Assembly (NCBI GenBank): GCA_020891255.1 | Contig: BQFW01000006.1 | Coordinates: 744,001-808,000 of the forward strand | Reading direction: 5' to 3' | Source of the DNA: Entomortierella parvispora E1425 | Lineage: Eukaryota > Fungi > Mortierellomycota | Length of the DNA: 64,000 nucleotides | Shown: positions 11,201 to 22,311 of the stretch, in pieces | Position numbering within the stretch: position 1 is the first letter of the stretch | How the letters are laid out: the number at the start of each line of letters is the position of its first letter | The notes under the pieces: model-generated | The model's database searches: none | Told to the model about the DNA's origin: nothing | What the model saw: the letters and a program-made list of their open reading frames with translations, nothing else | Program-made: the position numbers and the translations under genes

Positions 11201-13763
11201 GATCACGGACGATGACTTCCGCGCTTACTTGTTCACGGGCCACAAGTTCCTGCACGACGAGATCAAAGTCGCGGCAGGAATCGTTAACCTGCTTCGCCCA
11301 TTTGCCCCGAGGAAAGATCAATCTGGCCATATTCCACGGCACATACTGGCAACGGGACCATTCGTCTACTTGGCAAATCTACTTTTACGAGCAATGGGAT
11401 TTCAAGATTTCACCAGAGAGATTTCTCCCATCTCGTCTGCGGGTAGCATCCATGCCATTCCGTTAGGATCGATAGGATTGACACAAGTCCTATGTTGTCC
11501 TGACAAGGGACACTTTGACGTCCACAGCCAGCGAGGAGAGTTACTTTCCAAACCAGAGCTAGCAGTCGATCATTCCTCTCTGATCTTTGCCGCGTTCTTC
11601 AAAATGGAGACAGTAAACTCCATTTGCAAAGCACATGGACTCGAGTTTGCGAACAGGTAAGCGATGCAGAGCTGGTGAAGAGAGGCATGGTACTTTCAGA
11701 GCATTTTTTTTTCTAACGCACCTCATTTTCTATCGAACTTTAAAACGATCGTAGGATGATGTTTGTTGACCACCAGACTGTACGGATCCTGGGGCGTAAA
11801 ACAAAACTAGGCGCACCTTCGGACTTGACGAAAAAGAAAAAAGGCAAAAAGGCTACAAGGAAGAACTGGCAACCATCGGATGCAGACCTCCGACAGTTGA
11901 AATTGGAAGAGTCCAAGTTGGACAAGTCTACGGCCAAGGAGCGAGCGGCAGAGTTGGGAGAAGCGATTAAGGACAGCGAAATAGATATGAAGGGTCTAAA
12001 TCGCCAAGCAGCAAAACTGGAGCTGTCGGTTAAAAAATACAAATCAGAACTCCAGCAGCTCAAAGGAGACGATCACATGGCCGACGAAAGCGCAGAGGTC
12101 GAGGACTGCTTGAACAAGGATCGGCAAGAGCTCTACGACATACGACGTCAAATTATTCCGCAGAAAGTTGCCCTCAAAAATTTGCGGCAGAAGAAGTATG
12201 ACTACGACCGATACAGCAAATCCTCCTTGTCAGCACCGTCAAAAAAGAAGGACAGGGAGCAACCTGACGCTCCAACTATGACCACCCCAACATTGAGCCG
12301 ACCGGGCTGTATGAACAAGACCGAGTCCGTTGATATCAGCACACTTCTACGCGATATTGACGCCAACAATGCAGATCCAACGGCACGCAAAGTGCAACTT
12401 GTACCGGGGGGAACGGACCCAGGGTCCCACATACTTTTTAACACCGTCCCAGTCCCAATGGCTTCGCTCATCAAGCTTCAGAACAGATTTGAGGTCTTGG
12501 CGGATGGAAAGGACCCGGACGATGGACTGCCGTCACTTGAGAGTATGAAGTTCCCTGATGCGCACCAGACAACCACTCAGCAGCTACGCCACCATGCTGG
12601 ATTGAATAAGAGGGCAGAGAAACGACGTCGCTTGATTTCATCCAACAGAGCCGTGTCGGACGCCCATTCTCTGCTGGCCGAGAACTCCATTAAAAAAGCC
12701 CATTGCATCCAGGACGTTGAGCAAGCCCAGACAATCCGGAGAGGGACTCGCACGACTCTTCAAGGCTTTGAACAGTCAAAAAAAATGAGGAACAGCCGCC
12801 GAAGAGGAGAACTCGAGCTGAAACGCACATATGACAGGGCAGCTGCTGAAGAGAGGAAAGCGTTCGGGAAGCAACCTTGCGGTAAGTCATGCAACTTGCA
12901 ACTTCAGTCTTTAGTCTTGATTTTTTTTTTTTTTGTGAGATACAACAATAGACGACATCGTACTAATTGCAAACTTTTCTGAAAATAGGTGAAGATGCGT
13001 TCACGAAAAAGCTAGAGAAGAACGGACAGTGCACCTCTTGCAATACACACCACCGACCCGAGCTTCTCCCAGATCCATAAGACCCCTCCAAACGTCGCCT
13101 AATCCTGAAGCACGTTACCGATTGTCCGAAGACCAAGCCCAGAGTAATACCCTTATTCTTACACGGCGCCGCTGGTTCTGGCGTAGGCTCTCGTCTGAAG
13201 GGTCGCGCTAAAATGGGTGGTAGTAAAATCCCTCAGAGGCACATGTGCTCCTCTCCGGTTTGCAAGACCAACGAACATCTTTCTTCACAGACGTGCCCGC
13301 TATGCTTTCAGCTGCTTCGACTTGCAAGAGGGAGACGGTGGCGAAGAGGCATCCACAAGCTGGTCCGGCTACATGGGGCAGTCGAATGTTTTAATCCAGA
13401 TTGTGCTGCATTCAGGCGCGGATACACACAGAGAGGAAGAGACACGAATGCATCGATGAACATTGCTTTGGCAGGATTTTCGCTCCTGCTCTCACCAGAA
13501 CGCCGCCCAATCGCGCCGTTCGACCCACAGGCCCCCGCTTTGGCGTGCCCAACAACCACAGACACCAGTGCGTTACCAGCTGGATACCAAAAACTTTCCC
13601 CTCGCATCGAAGCAGATGCCGAAGCGGACGCGGATATCTGTCCGAGTTATGTAAGTACTCTAAGATCAAATTGCTTTCTGGCCCTATTATAATTGTTAGC
13701 CCGAGTTCAAATCGACCCACTTACTTTGTTTACGCTTCCGTTTTATGCTAACAGACACTGTAA
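8289..13763 (+). CDS. Giant multi-exon Fanzor (eukaryotic TnpB-like RNA-guided nuclease), ~1614 codons, interrupted by one in-frame TAA (possible pseudogene)
   Basis: Predicted exons 8289-8399, 8492-9120, 9198-9804, 9881-11030, 11107-11656, 11755-12881, 12989-13650, 13755-13763 join in phase through GT-AG introns. RuvC-I GGTDPG (D 12416-12418), GxGVGSRLKG motif, RuvC-II TNEHLSSQTCPLC (E 13273-13275), Zn finger C..C, RuvC-III RDTNASMNI (D 13441-13443). TAA at 13078-13080. Confidence 0.82.
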
Positions 13764-14011
13764 AACAAACCAGAATCGATTAAAAAAAAATCTGCGCGTG
13801 TCAGGCGCGTCCCCCAAAAAAAAAAAAAAAAATCGCATCGAAAAGTCACGTGCAAGGTGGCAAAGCAGCAGCTTTCGAGCATGCATCTGCGTTCTCTTCA
13901 TTTTGATCACCTCTCTTTCTCGCTCACACACCGCATCCCTTTTTACGCTCCTGGCGACAACTCGTAGTCTCTCTTCCTGCCAGAAGGACCGCAGAGGACA
14001 CTACACAGGAA

Positions 14012-17000
14012 ATGGCAGACGACTCATTCATTGTCCTGGGCACGCCCTTGCCCCAGATCAAAAAGACGGATGCATTTGGCGATCCCAAGAAACCCAATCC
14101 CACGCGCGATCAGGAGGTACTACTTGTGCACCATCTTTGAAATGGACCCCTTTTCAACTTGTTTTGTTACACTTCTTTTGGGGCCTTTCTTTTTCCCCAT
14201 CCGCGCGGAATGAAAATGCCGAGACCGTTATGCGCCTCCGTCCGCTCTATCAAAAAGATAGAATACCTAACCAAATTTCCTTGCTAAAAAAATAGGTCCG
14301 CGATGAACAGGGACGACGAAGATTCCATGGCGCGTTCACGGGCGGGTTCTCAGCTGGATATTTTAACACTGTTGGATCCAAAGAGGGTAAATCATATCAT
14401 CATATCGTGTCTTTCTTGTCTACCGACTATGCCGCCTTTATTCGTTATTGGGCGAACAAAGTGTACTAATGCGATCGAAATGTTGCTTTTCTTCTGCTTT
14501 ATAGGGTGGACCCCCTCCGAGTTTGTGTCGTCGAGGAATAAGCGGTCGGAACAAAAAGTCCTCCGACCAGAAGATTTCATGGATGAGGAAGACAAGCAGG
14601 TAGCGTACTCACCAACGATATAACTCAGATGTTCTGCGATGGGGATACGTGTCCGGACCAAATGGACTCAGTCTTTGTCTTTGTCTCTATATTGAATATC
14701 TATGAATAGCTTGCAGCAGAGTCCTCTAGACTGGTGGCCAAAGAAGATTTTGATACCTTGGGATCCACTCAACGGGAGCTTGAAAAGAAAAGAGCAGCTG
14801 CACGGAACATGCAAGCAACTGGAGGGTAAATGATGGAAAGAAATGAAATCAACTCGCCAAAAGGTGATTTTGACTAATGAACCTTTTTCTGTCTCTCCTT
14901 CCATAACAATAGTGTTCTTGGTGCCCTTCCAGACAATATTATTGACGACCTCGTCGTCCCGAGCTCCGAACCTGTTGGAATGCGGTTACTGAAACGCATG
15001 GGCTGGAAACCTGGTCAGGGCATTGGACCTAGGGTGACGAAGCGTGTTAGGAAACAGCAGCAGAACCTAGAGGAGGATGATATTCTGGATGTGGACTTGC
15101 CCGTCGGTATGACCTTTGCACCGATTGATTCAGCTATTGTCGTTTTCACCAATAAGGCCAATCAGTTTGGACTTGGCTATGATCCCTACAAGGATGCTCC
15201 AGAGTTTGATCAGTCCCTGCAGGAAAAGTCAAGTAAGATTTCACTTTTTGACTATGTAAGCTTTTCTTTGTGCTGGATCTCCTGACCTGGATCTAAACGC
15301 AACGGTGCATCGTGCTTTCATAGATTCAAAGTATCTTTCAGGAACTACCACTGGGGAACGCAAAATTGGCTTTGGATTCGGATCGCTGGACGATGATGAC
15401 GAAGACGATGACATTTATGGATCAGGACCTGGACCTGCGCTCTCGCTCTCGTCTATTGAACAACACGACGTGCCCCTCTCCAGAACCAACCGTTCAAGGA
15501 AACAGGACACACAGTCCCGCTCAGACTCAAAACGCCCCAAAGAAGAAGATCTTGTGCCTAGATACTGCCATGATGGTCGGTCACCGTTAAGAGGGTTTGT
15601 TCTCGCTGGCAAGGATTCCCAGACGGCTGTCAAGTGGTTCGATCCACCAAAAGTGCCCAAGGACTTTGTACCCAGACATGTTTTTCGACAGGAAGAACTT
15701 GAAAGAAGGCCGTACCCTGGTGTGCATGTGGGACCTCCTCGTAGAGGCGATCAACTGCAGCCCAAGCTTACTGCAGATGATGTAAGTTCTTTCTTTGTGT
15801 AGAGATATTCGACTTGTCTTTTCTTAAAGAGGTTGATGACTGACGCTAGATCTCTTGACAACTCAGCGCTCTCTCATTCTAGGAGAAACCCCGATCGAGG
15901 GACCAAAGCGATCTGTTTTTGAATACATCTCAGCAGAAAACAAGAGCCGATTGGACAACATCTTGGGGTTCGTCATGGATACAGAAGGCGAAAAGCATAT
16001 GCGCAAGGACCGCTGGGAGATCCCCAAGCTTGACCCAGCGGCTGCATTGGCGGCCTTGCAGGGGTATATCCCTTTTGGAGATAACCTTGCAAAGCAGAAT
16101 CGATACAAGCTTTACCTGAATGTACAAGCGGGTCTTGTGCCCGAAGGCGAAAAGGCGATTGAGAAGGTCGAGGGCTTCACTGGTGAGGACATGAACAAGG
16201 AACTGAACGAGTTTTTGCAGGCAGCCAGGATCTTCAAGCCCTTGACGGCCTCGATGGCCAATCGATTCACGAGTGCATCAAAGACGGTCGAGTTTGCGCC
16301 TTCAGTTTCCCCTGGGCTGAGGACTGCGGCTGAGATCCAGCAGGCAGGGAAAGATTCGCCCGGACCATTTGGGGCTGTGGAGCGCATGGAAGTTCCTGTA
16401 AGTCCATTCTTGTTATATACTTATTTCATTTGTTGTTCACAACTTATGTTTTCTAACGGACATCTCCTTGTATTGTGCAATAGAAATCTCAAGCAGCCAA
16501 GGCAGCAGCTATGGGGATGTTTGGCCCCTTGACGCGATCTACTGTCGATTTCTACCCTGTAAAGCTTCTCTGCAAACGCTTCCATGTCGCTGATCCTCAT
16601 CCAGAGCACAAGGATCAATCCAAAGGTGACAATATCAAGGACCTTTTGGATAAACGAACCATGGAGACCATGATGATCAATCGCCGACAAGGTGAAGGCA
16701 TGGACGAGGCTGGCGAGAAGGCTGAAGCTGCGGATGCTGCAAAGAAGGAAGCTGAGCAAAAGGAGGAGATGGAACGGAAACAACAGGAGGAGGAAGAGCG
16801 AAAAAAAGAGGAAGAGTCACAGGTAGTACCAGAGCGACCTCCCATGGATATTTTCAAGGCTATCTTTGATGATTCGGACGAGGACGAGGACGAGGATGAG
16901 GATGAGGACAACAAACCCTCCATTATCCCTGGACCAGAAGAGCCGTCGAAGACCACAGAACCTGACACAGCGACGGACGATGATAACAAAGATCAAGCGG

Positions 17001-18100
17001 ACCTTTCTGGGAAACCATTTAGGCCCATGTTTTCGATGCCCACGAAATCGGAGAGGTCGACGGGGACCAAGTCGGGATCAGGTCGGGCACCCAGAGCTGT
17101 TAAACTGGATTTGGATGATGATGCTGAAGAAGAAGATGAGGATATTATGGGGCCTAAACTGTCGATTCCAAAGCCAAAGACTGTTGGTACGAAGCGATCT
17201 GTCTCTCGCAGAAAGGAGGATGAGGCAGAGGAGACAGGGTCTGGAGACAAGCCAAATGTGGAACCAGTCAATGATGAAGACGATGACGATGTTATGGTCG
17301 GACCCATGCCCCCACCCCCACCACTTGAGGGCGATGGGGACTACTCGGATGCAAGGAGCAAGCGTCACAAATCGTCTAAGGAAACTGAATGCTCTCCGCT
17401 AGCCGAGTTGTGTGATCGGGGTCACGATGGCTCTTTGTCTGGATCAGAGAGTGAAGATGACGAACCGTCTATGTCGCGATCGCATCAAAGGAGCAGCAGT
17501 AGCAACGGGGGTGGCAGTGCGCATGGAACCAAGCGATCCCATAGGTCGCGCACACGAAGCAAGAGTCCGCTATTATCGTCAACTGAAAAGGACGAAACAG
17601 AAGGAAAAGAAAGGAGCAACAGTCGCAGTAAAAGCCGTAGTCGTAGCCATCACGAATCCAGTCGCAAGAAATCCAGAAAAGATGACAGGGATCGTGATCG
17701 CGACAGAGACAGAGACCGTACGAGAGAGAAGGATAGAGACAGAGACAGGGAGAGAGACAGGGAGAGAGACAGAGACCGCGATCGAGATAGCAAGAGCGGG
17801 AAGAGTCGATCGTCAGAGAAGCACCGGTCTTCGTCCTTGCGCCATGACCGACATCATGAAAGTAGGGATAAGGATAGGAGAGACAGGGACAGGGATCAGG
17901 GTCGCAGTAGTCGTCACTCTGACAAAGACAGGAGCAGAGACAAAAAGTCGAGTCGACGTGATCGAGACCGTGATGGTGATTATCCCAAGGAAGCACTGGA
18001 TGATGAGGACCTCTGGGTGGAAAAGGAAGTAGACGTCCTGCCCTTGGAGCCGAACAAGCCTCCTTCGATCAACCGTCCTCGAGCATCTGCCTTTTTTTAG
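14012..18100 (+). CDS. GPATCH1: G-patch domain-containing protein 1 (GPATCH1-like), multi-exon
   Basis: Exon 1 [14 protein letters not shown]; exon 2 [31 protein letters not shown]; G-patch [18 protein letters not shown]; [13 protein letters not shown]; RD/RS-rich tail. Confidence 0.92.
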
Positions 18101-18162
18101 TGTGAACATTTGAAAGTAAATGCGCATTGCAATTTGAGATTTTATTTAGCAATCAAGGCTCC

Positions 18163-19032
18163 TCATCTCTCTGCAGGTCTCTCTGAAAGTGAAAGTCTCT
18201 CTCCAAAAATTTTAAGCGCGGGCCTCTCGGCCGCTTGTTTCTTCTGGTCCTCATTCTCTCGCATTTTCTTCAAGAGCCGCTGCATTCGCTGCAGGTTTTC
18301 TTCCTTCTCCTGCTCCAGTTTCTCCTTCTTGGCCAAGAGTGCCCTGTTCTTTTTGAGTTCCTTTGCCAACATTCGTTCGTTCATTTCAAGTTCAGAGATA
18401 AGACTGGTTTGAGCCTCGTTATCTTTTTCCATGGCAGCGATCGTGACCGTGGACATCTTGTTGTCCTCCACCACCTTCCTGCGCTCCTCTTGAAGGTTTA
18501 GGATGGCGGTCTTGGCCGCGAGCATGGCGGCATCCATAGAGGAGACTTGGTCCTCTGGAGGAAAAGCCACCTTTTTTTCTTTTGGGGCCCATAATAAACT
18601 CGTGTCTTGGCCGACAACAGGAACGGTTTGAGCTGCATTGCGCTCAAAGCAAGTGCTTCTGTCTCTTTGGGGAGATATAAAGACTGGTACTCTTCGTGCT
18701 GAATAGATTGACAGAATACCATGGGAGGGTTCAAATTGGTCGTCAGTGGCTTTTGTCTTTTTTTTTTTTCCTTTTCTTCATGGCAATGTTGGTTTTCCGT
18801 CATATTTCTTACCTTGATCGCGGGTATGAGGAAATCTAAAAGATTCAACAGTGCAGGGACTCTCACCGTTGTACACGTAGGTGTCTTCGTCGTCATCTGA
18901 GTGATCCACTTGTCGGCCGCTGCACGAGAACGAAGGCGATTCTTGGTTCCATTCACTATAGAGAGGAGCCCGGGTTGGCCATTTACCGCGAGTGCTTGCT
19001 GTGGGACTGCCAGATCGAGTGAGGGTGTTCAT
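18163..19032 (-). CDS. Hypothetical coiled-coil protein (multi-exon)
   Basis: ORFs 18778-19032 and 18163-18570 appear linked by GT-AG introns (donor gtaaga near 18812). Last exon is E/K/L-rich heptad sequence. Confidence 0.5.
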
Positions 19033-19436
19033 GGCAAATAACGAGAGAGTGAGTTCTTCGGCGTGGGGATAGAGGACGAGACTGCACAGGGAAGGAAATG
19101 GGAAAGGGGAAGCGACAAGAAACCAAAACGGGAAGAAAGGCGCGTGTCCTCATAAAAAGAGTGACAAAGGAGCACAGGGCAGCAAAATATTCTATTTTTT
19201 TTTTTTTTTGCTTTGCCTTTCAAAGGTCACACACATAAAGGGAAAAAAAAGGGATCCGTTGCTGTCAGCCTCCCCGCCTCTGCCGGGACAAGGATGCAAG
19301 GTGACAGCATGGTCAAACACTGAAAAAGCCTGTGGTATTGTTCATGCCACCATCTGCATAAAAAGCGCTTTACTCTCTCACCCTTCCCATTCACCTATCT
19401 GCCCGCTTCCCATCCTCGCACCATCCTTTATCCACG

Positions 19437-21386
19437 ATGATACCAATCTCTGAAATAACCACTTTCTACGAACACCATTCCATCCTGCGAAAAAGGATCT
19501 GTCCAATATCTCTCTGCGATGATCCTCCCCCATCAATCTCTGCCCATGAAATCCAACCTCTGATCGAGCTTTGGATGGGCGTCATCCAAGCCAAGCTTGG
19601 ATACCCACACAACCTCCATTTCCTAGAAGCCATCACGTACTATATCCACAGTCAGTGCCCCGAGTTGTACCCACAGCCACCAGAGGACCTCAGGTGTAGA
19701 GCAGAGTACCGTGTGCGGCAGCTCTGGTGTGAGGCCAAAGGAATCATAAAAGATCTAATGCCACATCTCCAATGGACGAGCTATGTTTCCATGTGCCATG
19801 TCGGTATGTTGTTGCGGACCTTTTCAGCCTCAACTCCATTTCAAATCGACGACACGCAGATTCACCAAGGAGTCCTTGGCCTGCTCGGGACTAGCACCTA
19901 CAACATTGGCAGCTATCTCTCAAAGCTTCCTGGTCCCCCTCGCTCTGCACCGCCCTCTGTACTCGACCACGACTCTGCACTGTTAAGGTCCGTCAACCTA
20001 TTGGATCATATTGACCGGAATGGACTTTTGAAAGTTGCAAATTCTGCAAGTGTGGACATCACACTTCCTTTTTGGTCTGGCGTGGGACCTGAAAATCTCT
20101 TTACGCCTTCCAGCACCGTGGCCTCGACCTCCTCTCCTAAAGCAGGAAGGGTGGCTCCAAAAGAGGAAACATGCCCTCTGGTCATGCCGCAGACCTTATC
20201 TTCACTGCAGATCAGACATCCGACTCAAATAGAGTCGTTGAACGAACTTTGGCGATCATTGATCGTTGCACAGAACAGGCAACAGTTGTGTCCGTCGATC
20301 GGGGAGGGCTCTCATCATCTCGAATCTTGCGCCTCGGTCGTCCTTGCTAGAAATCAGACTGATCTAGCAACCTCAACAGGCCCGTCAACTTCACTGGAAG
20401 CTGTAACGACGACTGAACCTCGCTCTCGCTCCTCGACATGGCCACCCTTATTCAGACATCGCACTGCTCTGGCACCTCCAAAGGTGCTTCCCATACCGTT
20501 AACCATGACACAGCAGGGGTCCGATCCACGGCTGGCAGCCAACGCTCCTCCCAGAATCTCGGCTTCCCCTCTGCCATCACCCATTTCCTCCAGAGACGTG
20601 ACACCGGACAAACCCGCTCAGTGTGCGTGTGCGTTCACAAGCGTTTGTTCAATTCTCTCCCAGCAAGCACGGCCCTATAGCGTTGATAGCTCCCCATTCG
20701 CGAATGTTTTGTCTGCGCCTTTGGACAGCAAACAATCCAAACACCAGACGACTGCGATGGCGCCCCTCAGCTTTTCTCCAATTGCCGTCATCGACTCTTC
20801 TTCTGGCACGTTTACACATTCCTCGGTGACAAGACCCTCAAAAGCGCCGCCAAACATCCCGGTATCCATCCTGAAAAAGACCTCACCGGCGCCGCTGCCT
20901 CAACCGGAAACGAATGCAGTCTCTCACCACCTCCTCCATTGCTCCGCATCCGAGTGGTCTAACCTCACTCAGAGGCACAGCGATCTAGCTCCTGATCAGA
21001 CACCGAGCGAGCAAGATAATCCCCGGCAAATGAGGACCCAGTCTCCTATCGCCGGCACAAAACGGTCGGGATGTTGGAACGAGACACCAAGAGAAACGAA
21101 AGAGGCCATTGCCAGTGATGTGGGATTCTTTGACCATGGTCCAGAGTCCGAAAAGAGAGATCGAGTCTCACCAGACAGATGGGGAAGCAGTGACCACTCC
21201 ATAGAACCTCCTGGACAGTCCTGGTCGTACTCTTCTTCTCCGACTGAGCAGGAAGAAGGAGAGATTAGTCCTACGGCATCACCCTACCCATCACCGCCAC
21301 CACCCCCTTCAAGTGTCAATAACAAGCCGTGGTGGCCATATTGGCCTCATAGACAGCCATATTATCACAACACTCGACCAAAGTAA
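19437..21386 (+). CDS. Hypothetical protein, paralogue A of the LW..YP.NL.F.EAITY..C domain family
   Basis: Intronless 649-aa ORF; N-terminal ~150 aa align with the ORFs at 22312 and 30721; S/P/T-rich C-terminus. Confidence 0.75.
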   Translation: MIPISEITTFYEHHSILRKRICPISLCDDPPPSISAHEIQPLIELWMGVIQAKLGYPHNLHFLEAITYYIHSQCPELYPQPPEDLRCRAEYRVRQLWCEAKGIIKDLMPHLQWTSYVSMCHVGMLLRTFSASTPFQIDDTQIHQGVLGLLGTSTYNIGSYLSKLPGPPRSAPPSVLDHDSALLRSVNLLDHIDRNGLLKVANSASVDITLPFWSGVGPENLFTPSSTVASTSSPKAGRVAPKEETCPLVMPQTLSSLQIRHPTQIESLNELWRSLIVAQNRQQLCPSIGEGSHHLESCASVVLARNQTDLATSTGPSTSLEAVTTTEPRSRSSTWPPLFRHRTALAPPKVLPIPLTMTQQGSDPRLAANAPPRISASPLPSPISSRDVTPDKPAQCACAFTSVCSILSQQARPYSVDSSPFANVLSAPLDSKQSKHQTTAMAPLSFSPIAVIDSSSGTFTHSSVTRPSKAPPNIPVSILKKTSPAPLPQPETNAVSHHLLHCSASEWSNLTQRHSDLAPDQTPSEQDNPRQMRTQSPIAGTKRSGCWNETPRETKEAIASDVGFFDHGPESEKRDRVSPDRWGSSDHSIEPPGQSWSYSSSPTEQEEGEISPTASPYPSPPPPPSSVNNKPWWPYWPHRQPYYHNTRPK

Positions 21387-22311
21387 GTGTGATCTACTCT
21401 ACTCGATATTCGTACCCAGTATTAGGAACCCTTGATGATTTTTCTCTTTTGACGTTGTCCTCTCCATTTTTTTTTTTTTTTTTTTTTGAATGACCAAAAC
21501 AGTACGTTCAAACCGTCCAGAGGTGGAGGGAGAGGCTACTGGAACAAGACTCATTACAAGAAGAACTATTGTAGCAGACCCTAGATTCAAAACCAATTGA
21601 GGCGCACAATAGAACATTCAGAAGTACCATCCATACCCCTCCACCCAACCATATGCGTTCGCGTCACTTTTTTTTCTCTCCCTGAAAACTTGACGATATT
21701 TAAAAGGCCCATGTCTCGATTTGGTGGCAAATCGCAGTCATCAACCTTCCTCCGCTTTGGATGAAGCTTGCACAAACTATGCTGTGGTGTGCCCAACCAC
21801 ATCGTGCAGAGGGGTCGGCTTGAATAGCGACAATAGTGACGAGTCTTCGTCCCACAAGGGGATCCTCCTGACTCCGAGGATACTTCTGTGGCACAAGGCA
21901 CCGAAGACATCATTCAGCGATCTTTTCTACTTTGACAACAAAACACCACAACGGCCACGGAGAAAAAGGAGAAAAATAAATTGAGGTACTGCCTCCGTCG
22001 CGTTCTTTCTGTCGTCTTTCATATCTGTGGCTCGCGTTCATTCTTTAACGCCTTCCTTCCAACTTGTTTTTTTCCTTTCTCGCATCCTCTCTAGGTCTGA
22101 ATTAGCCGCAACATGCCTCTTTTACTAGTATAAGAGCAGCCATGGTTTTTCTACCGTTCGTCTCTCGTCTCGGATCTATGTCCAAAAACACCACTTTGAT
22201 ACGCCCTCACATCACTCATTCTCTACCATCAAACTGCCTTTGCCCCACGGCCACCCTTCTTCAGCTTTACCCTCCACACCACAGAATCAAAACGAACCTC
22301 CAAAACCCGAC

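Noticed and set aside
13703-13713. GAGTTCAAATC resembling a tRNA T-loop
   Set aside because: No T-stem pairing or cloverleaf; lies in a predicted intron
8115-13852. CACGTGAC (8115-8122) / GTCACGTG (13845-13852) as TIRs of the giant Fanzor
   Set aside because: Only 8 bp, no extension and no TSD; it is an E-box-like promoter motif also seen at ~51840
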